Below are positions 56,058-64,000 of a stretch of DNA of 64,000 nucleotides, piece by piece (position 1 is the stretch's first letter; the number at the start of each line of letters is the position of its first letter). The stretch lies in the IMG/VR virus record IMGVR_UViG_3300024509_000012; one strand, 5' to 3'. Under the pieces are notes generated by a model. That model was not told where the DNA came from. It saw only the letters and a list, made by a program, of their open reading frames with translations, and made no database searches. The position numbers and the translations under genes are program-made. Origin of the DNA: an uncultured virus (IMG/VR IMGVR_UViG_3300024509_000012) (lineage: Duplodnaviria > Heunggongvirae > Uroviricota > Caudoviricetes).

Positions 56058-58553
56058 TTAACCGAATAAATCCTCTAATGTGATTGTTTTTTCTAATTCC
56101 CATCCAATTGTATCTAAGATACTCTTTAATGGTTCAATAAATGTCTTCTCAAATTGTTTTTCATAATCAATATACTTATGAAGACCTAATTCTTTTGGAA
56201 GTTTTGTGTTAAATGAAATAACAGAATCTGAAGTTGGATTTTGTTTTTTCAAATGAATAAATTTAATTTTCTCACCTTCATTAATTAAAGGATATGTATT
56301 ATATAACTTTTTCTCTGTTAATAAGTTATTATAAATTAACGCACCCTTTACATGAATTGGAGTTCCTTTTGTAAAAATATTTGATTTATCAGAATACTTC
56401 TCAAGACCATTAACTGATCTTGGAAATGATATTTCTTCAACTGAACAAGAATTAAATCTATTTCTTACATCAATGATATATTTCTGTAATGTTTCTTCAT
56501 TACTTGTCATAATTAGTTTTACGCAGTTTTTCATTTCTTCTCTGCAAAACTTTGGAGTTGAAGATTTAACAATCTCCATTCCCATGACTTTTAGTTTAGG
56601 TGTTTCATATCTTAACCCTTCAACATCATAGGTGTTTAAAATATATCTCTTTTTTGCTTGCCAAATACCTTTATCAGCAATAACTTCTCGTTTCATTTTT
56701 AAGATTTCTGGATTCATTCCGTTTAAGAAATTATCAGAAATATCTTTAAAAATATTTTCAATTTCTGTTTCAATTACATTAACACAAAAATCATCAATAT
56801 AATCTACAATCTTTTTATTATCTGTTTCTTTAGGAAACATTTTGGATACAAGAGGATCTAATGTAATGTAGTTTGAATCAGTATCAATATAAATCACATA
56901 TTCATAATTTTCTGTTCCAATTTTTTTGTTTAAGAAATCATTTAGCTTATTACCGACATAACGAATAATAAACTGACCAGTCATTGTAACAGCTTGAGCA
57001 TTTTCTAAATCAAAAAATCTAAAATATTCATTACCCATAGCTCCGTATAATGAATTTAATTGAATCTTCATTGTTTTCTGTTTTAAGTCATACTTACTTT
57101 GAAGATTATTAATATTTTCAATATCTGGATCGTTGGGATTTTCTTTTGCTTTCTTCTCCATTTCCTTAGCTAATTTTCTAAACTTAATTCTATCATTAAA
57201 TAGTTTTTCAACAAGTTCAGAATAAAAACTAATAAAATCTTTTCTATACATTACACCATTTGCACCAATAGTATAATCTTTATCAAAAGAAAAGTCATTA
57301 CTTTCTAATACCTGTTCAATATTAAAAAATTTCTTATTTGGGGATTTTGTCTCAACACCGATATTTAAGAAACGAATAATAGAAGGGTAGAGTGAGTTAA
57401 CGTCAAAACTAACAACCCATTTATGGAAACCAACTTTTGGATTTTTAACATATGCTCCAACAAATTGATCACTCTTTGATGAATTTTTCTTCTGTGAAAC
57501 AATAATGTTTTTGTTTTTTAGATAATTATAAATTGTGGTATCCCAAGTTCTGACCTGAGATAAGACATCAACGTAATTAACATGACCAAAGTAAGCAACA
57601 CTTAAAGTTAATTCGATTAGTTTTAGTTTTGCTTCTAATCTATCAACAAGAGCAACGTCTTGAATATTATATTCAACGAATGTTTGGTAATGGTTTGAAT
57701 AGAATTCTTTGAACGAACCATCGAAGGGAAGTTTATTATCACCAAGTTCTACTTGAGCAATAAAATCTAGTTTATATGATTCTCTTGGCTCAAGTACATT
57801 TTTCTTGTAGATTTCATAATAATCAATAATTGACGTACCATAAAGATCATAAGTTACATTTTCTTTTCCATTCATGATAACAGTTTTTTCACGAATGTAC
57901 TTCCAAAATGAAAGTCTTTTACTGGCTCCATCACCAAGAATCATATTTATACGTCTTACAAGATAAGGAATATCGAAAAATCTGACATTCCAACCAGTAA
58001 TAATATCTGGTTGCATCTTTTCCATGAAAAGTAAAAACTTATCTAAAAGTTCACTTTCATCTTCACATTGAATGTAATTTTGATATTTATTTTTTGGAGT
58101 AAATTCACCAAGTCCAAAAGTAAAATAATGTTTTGAATTAAATACTTTTACGGTAATTAAATTTACACGTTCTTGAGTGTATTCTACTTTTGGGAAACCA
58201 TGTTCAGATTCTGTCTCAATATCCAAAGTCATAATCTTGATATGTTTCATATCAAATTCAATATCATTTGGATAGTTTTCTGAGATGTATGAAAAAATAG
58301 GATTAATATCACCATAAATTGAGAAATTGGAAACATCCTTGTATTTCTCAATAAATTCATTATAATCTTTGATATTTATAAAATCTACTTTTTCTAGATA
58401 CTTATTGTCTAGAGATTTGAAGTTAGATTTATTTTTTGAAGGAATATAAAGTGATGGAGCATATTCAAACTTATAATTTGAGGGTACTCCGTTATTAACT
58501 TCACGAACATAAACAGTATTACCAATACTGGCAACATTTGTATAAAATTTCAT
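56058..58553 (-). CDS. gp43: family B DNA polymerase gp43
   Basis: DIET exonuclease motif, SFDVNSLYPS, K..LNSLYG, YIDTDS, KKRY; promoter 58560-58588 with ATG 6 nt after -10. Confidence 0.97.
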   Translation of the reverse strand: MKFYTNVASIGNTVYVREVNNGVPSNYKFEYAPSLYIPSKNKSNFKSLDNKYLEKVDFINIKDYNEFIEKYKDVSNFSIYGDINPIFSYISENYPNDIEFDMKHIKIMTLDIETESEHGFPKVEYTQERVNLITVKVFNSKHYFTFGLGEFTPKNKYQNYIQCEDESELLDKFLLFMEKMQPDIITGWNVRFFDIPYLVRRINMILGDGASKRLSFWKYIREKTVIMNGKENVTYDLYGTSIIDYYEIYKKNVLEPRESYKLDFIAQVELGDNKLPFDGSFKEFYSNHYQTFVEYNIQDVALVDRLEAKLKLIELTLSVAYFGHVNYVDVLSQVRTWDTTIYNYLKNKNIIVSQKKNSSKSDQFVGAYVKNPKVGFHKWVVSFDVNSLYPSIIRFLNIGVETKSPNKKFFNIEQVLESNDFSFDKDYTIGANGVMYRKDFISFYSELVEKLFNDRIKFRKLAKEMEKKAKENPNDPDIENINNLQSKYDLKQKTMKIQLNSLYGAMGNEYFRFFDLENAQAVTMTGQFIIRYVGNKLNDFLNKKIGTENYEYVIYIDTDSNYITLDPLVSKMFPKETDNKKIVDYIDDFCVNVIETEIENIFKDISDNFLNGMNPEILKMKREVIADKGIWQAKKRYILNTYDVEGLRYETPKLKVMGMEIVKSSTPKFCREEMKNCVKLIMTSNEETLQKYIIDVRNRFNSCSVEEISFPRSVNGLEKYSDKSNIFTKGTPIHVKGALIYNNLLTEKKLYNTYPLINEGEKIKFIHLKKQNPTSDSVISFNTKLPKELGLHKYIDYEKQFEKTFIEPLKSILDTIGWELEKTITLEDLFG

Positions 58554-58588
58554 AATTATAGTATATCACAGTTTTTTGTTGTTGTCAA

Positions 58589-59221
58589 CTAAGAAAGAAA
58601 TATTTTTGATGAAAAATCATTAACCTTTGCTAAAAGTTCAGCACCATATCCACTATTTAAATTTAATCCCCTACCACCAATTACTTGTGTAACCGCTCTA
58701 TCCGCATCTGCTTGATTAGTAAATTTTGTATTCCCATGTAAACCTACTAAAATAAATTTAACAGAAATAATAGCAGAAATAGTTTTATCACTTACCAATA
58801 AGTCCGGATTTTGAATAATATTGAATCCACACATATCACCATATGTCTTATAGTTAGCTCTACCTGTTAATTGGATATAACCTCTTCCACGATAAATCCA
58901 ACCATCACCGGGATTTATATTGCCCATCAAACGACCGATAGAATTATTAGAACCATAAATTAATTCTGCAAATTCTCTTGGATTACATTTAATTGTAGAT
59001 AATTCAGAATCAGTTAATTTAGAAACTCTAGAACCAAATATAGATTTGATTCTAGAGTTGTCAGTTTTACAATAATTTAGATTTTCTTCTCTTGGGATTA
59101 AACCACATTCTTTTTGCATGTTAGCAATTATCGCTTTCTGCAAATAAGGGTTAGTAATTCCATGTGCTACAAACGCATCTAAAATTGGTTGTAAAAGTTG
59201 TTTATCCATTTCTATGTCCAA
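58589..59221 (-). CDS. GH19 (chitinase-class) endolysin
   Basis: KE...EENLNY, GDGW.YRGRGYIQLTGRANY. Confidence 0.88.
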   Translation of the reverse strand: MDIEMDKQLLQPILDAFVAHGITNPYLQKAIIANMQKECGLIPREENLNYCKTDNSRIKSIFGSRVSKLTDSELSTIKCNPREFAELIYGSNNSIGRLMGNINPGDGWIYRGRGYIQLTGRANYKTYGDMCGFNIIQNPDLLVSDKTISAIISVKFILVGLHGNTKFTNQADADRAVTQVIGGRGLNLNSGYGAELLAKVNDFSSKIFLS

Positions 59222-59868
59222 AGAGATTTGCGAATTTTCATCAGACGAATTAACATTTTTTCATCTTCTTTTTCATATTTATTTTCGATTTTTGTTACTT
59301 TTTCAAATACTGCACTTTCTTTCTTAGTGAATGGTTTCATAGTATAAGTATTACTTCCTTCTTCTCTTATAAAATGTTCAGATAAGTTTTTATCTTTAAA
59401 AACTTCATCATAACCAGCTTCAATATATGGATCTGGTCTATTTGGTCTAGTTACTTTCCACCAAGTATAAAGTTCTAAAATTTCTTTTGCTGATTTTGTT
59501 TGATGTTCTAATTGAGATTCATTAATTTCCCAATTTAGATATGCAATTCCATCTTGGGGTGAACGGAATCTGCAAAATTTCTTTTGAAACCAAGACAACT
59601 TAGAATATGCACTATCATCAGTCCATGTATTCATCCATGCTTTTTCAATTTCAACAAAATCAACAAGAAGCTTGAAATTAACATGTAAAATGAGTTCACC
59701 TGTGTCATAATATCCAGGTTTTAAACCACTATTTACAATATAATATCTTCTAGTTGTTCTATATCTAATAGAATTCAAGATATTATGATATCTATATTTT
59801 ACACTATACATAATATCTTCAAATTTATCTTTCCAATAATTTTTTGGTTGCATTTTCAATCCTTTCAT
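59212..59868 (-). CDS. conserved phage hypothetical protein
   Basis: F.LLVDFVE.E, EI.ELY.WW...RP.R, MLIRL.KIR..LWT. Confidence 0.7.
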   Translation of the reverse strand: MKGLKMQPKNYWKDKFEDIMYSVKYRYHNILNSIRYRTTRRYYIVNSGLKPGYYDTGELILHVNFKLLVDFVEIEKAWMNTWTDDSAYSKLSWFQKKFCRFRSPQDGIAYLNWEINESQLEHQTKSAKEILELYTWWKVTRPNRPDPYIEAGYDEVFKDKNLSEHFIREEGSNTYTMKPFTKKESAVFEKVTKIENKYEKEDEKMLIRLMKIRKSLWT

Positions 59869-60040
59869 CTAACTCTTCAATTGGTGAATAACCATTTCCA
59901 ACTCTATGTGCATAGGACCATTTACAAATATTTCTTATTAAATTATTTAGTTTTTCTGAATCTAGTGTAACTTCTGCATAGAGTTGGATTCTATGCAGAA
60001 GTTCTTCGTAGATTTCTATCTTTTGTTCATTTGTCATCAT
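59825..60040 (-). CDS. hypothetical protein
   Basis: WSYAHRVGNG motif; packed in operon. Confidence 0.65.
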   Translation of the reverse strand: MMTNEQKIEIYEELLHRIQLYAEVTLDSEKLNNLIRNICKWSYAHRVGNGYSPIEELDERIENATKKLLER

Positions 60041-60041
60041 A

Positions 60042-63000
60042 TTAAAAATTGACTCTTAGACTTAACTGTAACTGTCTAGAAGTTCCCAGACCAACAGTTT
60101 TATCTAGTGTTGATTGTACTGTTCCGAATGCTGCTCCTTTTGTTGCATTTGAATAAACCTGTCCAGGTTGTAGTGTATTAGACTGACCAATTCTGGATGG
60201 AATTGCATTTGGTAATTGTGCTGGAGGATTTGCAAAATTTACATTATTAAAGATGTTATATAATTCTGTTCTGAAAATTAAATTATATTTGTCTTTAGTG
60301 TAAATCTTTTTCTGAAGAGTTAGATCTGCTTGGAAAAGCATTGGACCTCTTAATGAGTATCTAGAAGCATTTCCAAAAGTTCCAGGCATTGGTACTGAGA
60401 AAGCAGCAGGATTCAAGAAAATTGTTTTATCAGAATTCTTGATATATGGCGAAACTCCTAATACATAATCAGGTCTGCGGATTTGTCTTGTTTGACCACC
60501 ACCAGGAACATTAATAACAGCTACAGAATTAGACCCTACAGAACTATTATAGTACATTCCAGATGATTTGTCAAAGAAGATAATATCGTTTCTGACGATT
60601 AATGGATCAAGAGGAAGACCTGATCTGGTATTGATAACAGAACCGATCTGCCATGTTTTCCATTCATACAATCCAACAACATTTAAATTATGACGAATAT
60701 CCGCCGCATTATTACCATAATCAGTTCTCCAATTATAAGGATTTGCAACAGTTACAGTTTCATTTGAGCCACCAGATGAACCGATTGATCTTCCCCATGT
60801 GTATGATGCACCATAAGTTAGACCACTCTTTGTTTTTCTGTTTAGAGTTGCCTGTAAAGCATTATAATGATCATTACCACCTGATGTCTTTACGTCAACT
60901 TCAGCAAATCTATCACCCCATTGTCTCTTTACAGTTCCAGTAGGAGTTACATCTGTGATTAGATTTCCAAGAGTTCTAATAAACAGATTTCTACCAAGAG
61001 AACCAACATATGCAACAGTTAAAACATTATCTTTAATTTGTTGTTGAACTGATGCTGTATATGAGTAAACAGTTTCCGGAATATTATAACCAGAAGAATA
61101 AGCTCTTGGTTGAAATCGAAGATTTGGATCATTGATATTGTAAGAAGCAATAATTGAAGTAGGATTAATTGGATAAGTTGTATTAGTTATAGTCTTACTA
61201 ACACGATCAGATTCAAATGGTTGAATTAGATCTTCTGGTTGTCCAGGTCCAAAATAAACACCAGTTCCTACACGAAATACAGTCTTACCATTTAGAGATT
61301 TTGGACTCCAAGTTCCAGATAATCTTGGTGAAAAATTATCTTTATTTGAACGATAGACAGGAAGATTATTTGGTAAAATGTTTCCTGTTTCTGGTGACCA
61401 ATTAACTAATAGATTTCTCTTTTCTTTGAAAACTGAATAGAATTCATATCTAATTCCATAATTAACAGTAAAGTTAGAAAATACTTTCCATTCATCTTGT
61501 GCATAACCAATTAGATAATTCTGAGTAATTTGTCTTTCTCCAGTTGCTCCATTATTAAACGGAGAAGGTGCAGAAAGATCTCCCAAAAATTGAATTTGTA
61601 ATGGACGATTATTAATTAGATCTTCTACGTTTGAGAAGCTATAAGTTGTACCACCAAGACGATCTGTAAATAAACGGATAAATCTTAATTCTCCACCAAA
61701 CTTAAAATTATGAGAAGAATTAATCCATGAAAAATTATCAATCAAAGTAATTGAAGTATTAGTATAAGGTTGTCCACGTCCATTTGTAGCAGAATTTGAT
61801 CTTACTAGACCACCAGCAGTAGCAAATCCTGTGCTTGAACCTTGTGTTGTAATACCAGATAAAGCAACGCCACCAGTTAGATTAATTGAAATATCTGCTG
61901 GATTAAAGTTATTTACAATTGGTGCAGTTCCCCATGCTCTTGTTTTATAAGCATTTAATCCAATCTTGGTTTCATTAATTTTCTGTGGCGAGATAATCCA
62001 TTGAACATTTGCTACAGCATTTTGTGGGACCGCAGTAACATCAATAGAATTTCCAGTAACACCTAGTGGTTGAATTGACTTACCATTATCTCTGAAGTAA
62101 CGGAAATATCCAGAAAGATTATCTGAAATTTTTGAATCTAATCTTAGACCAAACGAATTTTCATCTACAGTCTGTTTTCTATCAATAGCAACAATAGAAG
62201 CATTTGGATCTGTTGTTGGAATATTTCCAACTGGATAAAGTGCTAGAAGATTTCTAACTTGTGGAACTGCTCTTGCTTTTGCTGATTCTGATGGAACAGC
62301 TTCTCTAAATGGAACTGATTGTCTCTGCCTTAGACCTTCATATGAAGCAAACCAAAAAGTCTTATCTTGCTTTACTGGACCGCCAATAGAGCCACCAAAT
62401 TGATTTAGACGTAAAGGATTCTTAGTAGCATCAAAGAAATTTCTAGAATCTAATACATTATTTCTAAGATATTCAAAAACACCACCATGAATCTTATTAC
62501 CACCAGACTTAGTTACAATTGTGATTTGACCACCAGTTCCTGTACCATATTCTGCTGGATAATTATTAGATTCAACACGAAATTCTTGAACATTTTCCAT
62601 TGAAGATTGTAATCTAAAAAATGAAGAAATCTGTCCATTTAGATTACCTGGAGAAGCATCAATAATAGAAGATCCTTCAATACCATCATATCTAATAGCA
62701 TTTTGCTGATTAGATCTACCGCTAAACTTAATATTATCAAATGTACCACCACCAGCAGTTGAAGCGCCTGGAGCTAATAGATATAACTGCGAAATTTGTC
62801 TACCATTTAGTGGCAGATTTGAAACTTCTCTTTCAGAAACATTAACACCAATCTTCGCTGAGGATGTATCAATAGATGTAACTTCGCCACCTTCAACAAT
62901 AATTTCAGTCTTAATAATTTGAGGTACTAAGATGAAATTAATACCAATAGATTCATTAACTAATAGTTTAATTCCTGTTTTCTGTGTATTTGCAAAACCA

Positions 63001-63227
63001 GGAGCAGAAGCTTTTACATTATAAGATGAAGCAGGTAGATTTGTGATAATGTATTCACCAACTTCATTTGTTACAACTTCTCTTACAGATCCAGTTTTTT
63101 CGTTCTGAATCTTAACAGTTGCACCAATAATTACTTCTTCATTCTTATCAAAAATCTTTCCTCTAATAGAAGCTTCTTGACTGAATAGGCTAGTCGTTAA
63201 TAAAAATAAACTTAATAAATATTTCAT
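60042..63227 (-). CDS. TonB-dependent / Oar-like outer-membrane receptor with N-terminal carboxypeptidase-regulatory-like domain
   Basis: Signal peptide; G.Y.I..L....Y.V...APGF; LPLNGR; VQEFRV..NNY.AEYG; TKSG.N..HG..FEY.RN; YAQDEWK; R.LQL..R..F C-terminus. Confidence 0.92.
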   Translation of the reverse strand: MKYLLSLFLLTTSLFSQEASIRGKIFDKNEEVIIGATVKIQNEKTGSVREVVTNEVGEYIITNLPASSYNVKASAPGFANTQKTGIKLLVNESIGINFILVPQIIKTEIIVEGGEVTSIDTSSAKIGVNVSEREVSNLPLNGRQISQLYLLAPGASTAGGGTFDNIKFSGRSNQQNAIRYDGIEGSSIIDASPGNLNGQISSFFRLQSSMENVQEFRVESNNYPAEYGTGTGGQITIVTKSGGNKIHGGVFEYLRNNVLDSRNFFDATKNPLRLNQFGGSIGGPVKQDKTFWFASYEGLRQRQSVPFREAVPSESAKARAVPQVRNLLALYPVGNIPTTDPNASIVAIDRKQTVDENSFGLRLDSKISDNLSGYFRYFRDNGKSIQPLGVTGNSIDVTAVPQNAVANVQWIISPQKINETKIGLNAYKTRAWGTAPIVNNFNPADISINLTGGVALSGITTQGSSTGFATAGGLVRSNSATNGRGQPYTNTSITLIDNFSWINSSHNFKFGGELRFIRLFTDRLGGTTYSFSNVEDLINNRPLQIQFLGDLSAPSPFNNGATGERQITQNYLIGYAQDEWKVFSNFTVNYGIRYEFYSVFKEKRNLLVNWSPETGNILPNNLPVYRSNKDNFSPRLSGTWSPKSLNGKTVFRVGTGVYFGPGQPEDLIQPFESDRVSKTITNTTYPINPTSIIASYNINDPNLRFQPRAYSSGYNIPETVYSYTASVQQQIKDNVLTVAYVGSLGRNLFIRTLGNLITDVTPTGTVKRQWGDRFAEVDVKTSGGNDHYNALQATLNRKTKSGLTYGASYTWGRSIGSSGGSNETVTVANPYNWRTDYGNNAADIRHNLNVVGLYEWKTWQIGSVINTRSGLPLDPLIVRNDIIFFDKSSGMYYNSSVGSNSVAVINVPGGGQTRQIRRPDYVLGVSPYIKNSDKTIFLNPAAFSVPMPGTFGNASRYSLRGPMLFQADLTLQKKIYTKDKYNLIFRTELYNIFNNVNFANPPAQLPNAIPSRIGQSNTLQPGQVYSNATKGAAFGTVQSTLDKTVGLGTSRQLQLSLRVNF

Positions 63228-63301
63228 AGATTCCTTTGTTACAATTTAATTAATTTTTTTACCCCTAAAACACTTATCGGGAACCATTGGTTCCCGATTT
63301 T

Positions 63302-63583
63302 TTATTTAATTTTCTTATAAAGTTCTTCATATTTTTCACACAAGTTTTTTATTTGTGTGACAGATTCAGGACTGACAATAGTTTCATCAAAATCACCAAA
63401 TATAGAACGATAACCAAATATGTATTTTATTCCATTAACTAACCTCTTATAAAAAGGAAGTGGAGATAAATGCATTGTTAAAAACAGTTCTGGTGTTTCG
63501 GTTGTATCATATGGATCTAAGTAAAGATCCATTCTAACAACATGTTGTAATGATGTGCATTCACATTCAATATATGTTTTCAC
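63302..63583 (-). CDS. hypothetical protein
   Basis: GTG start; C.C....H...R....IKYIFG motif. Confidence 0.6.
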   Translation of the reverse strand: MKTYIECECTSLQHVVRMDLYLDPYDTTETPELFLTMHLSPLPFYKRLVNGIKYIFGYRSIFGDFDETIVSPESVTQIKNLCEKYEELYKKIK

Positions 63584-63614
63584 TTTATTTTGGGGGGAGA
63601 TTCTCCCCCCCTCC

Positions 63615-64000
63615 TTATTTAGTTGAAATTGTGAACTTCTTTGGTTTCTTATGTTCAGGAACAACTAGTTCTAGACTAACATCTAGTAGTCCATCTTGAT
63701 AAGTTACATCTTTTACTTCAACATGTTCACCTAAAGTGAATGTCTTAGTAAAGACTCGTTCAGCAATTCCCTTATGTACATAAGAAATACCTTCTGGTAA
63801 ATTCTTAGGCTTCACCTTACCCTGAATGATTAATTGATTTTCTTCAATTGAAACATCCAAATCTTCAGGACCAAATCCAGCAACTGCTAGAGTAATATTG
63901 AATTTGGTTGAATCTTCATTTTTTGTGAGATTGTAAGGAGGATAAGTTCCAGTTTGTTTGGCCTGTTCTGCCCAAAAACTGGTTAAATTATCATAAGAAG
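63615..64000 (-). CDS. small heat-shock protein Hsp20 (5' end outside the window)
   Basis: YPPYNL, LAVAGF, HKGIAER.F...F.L, DGLL...L...VPE..KP; frame open to the window edge. Confidence 0.9.
   Translation of the reverse strand, partial: SYDNLTSFWAEQAKQTGTYPPYNLTKNEDSTKFNITLAVAGFGPEDLDVSIEENQLIIQGKVKPKNLPEGISYVHKGIAERVFTKTFTLGEHVEVKDVTYQDGLLDVSLELVVPEHKKPKKFTISTK

Noticed and set aside
40808..58553. Introns or inteins in nrdA, nrdB, gp41, uvsX or gp43
   Set aside because: All are continuous ORFs of normal or compact length with no splice or intein motifs seen
1..64000. Stop-codon reassignment
   Set aside because: Core genes are full length in the standard code and TAA, TAG and TGA all end genes

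Overview
A 64-kb fragment of an AT-rich T4-like (Tevenvirinae/cyanomyovirus-style) phage genome. It carries core genes for UvsW, gp55, gp46/47, RNase H, NrdAB, ThyX, primase, gp16, gp41, UvsX and gp43. Accessory genes include PhoH, a single-domain Clp ATPase, a SleB-like hydrolase, two RNA ligases, two deaminases, UvdE, a GH19 lysin, Hsp20 and a full TonB-dependent/Oar-like outer-membrane receptor. The receptor and the Clp ATPase point, by inference, to an Acidobacteriota host. RNA genes are tRNA-Arg(UCU), tRNA-Lys(UUU) and a circularly permuted two-piece tmRNA (tag ANTNVLAMSAAA) behind a T4 late promoter. From about 19.6 to 37.2 kb lies a + strand array of small genes, most with their own sigma70-type promoter. 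These genes are either leaderless or start with a hairpin at +1. The array holds six (Ser-X)n microproteins built from NNG-TCT hexamers, an Sm/LSm-like protein, very acidic small proteins, long perfect inverted repeats and GTAC-palindrome clusters. All calls are from motif recognition by eye; no searches were run.
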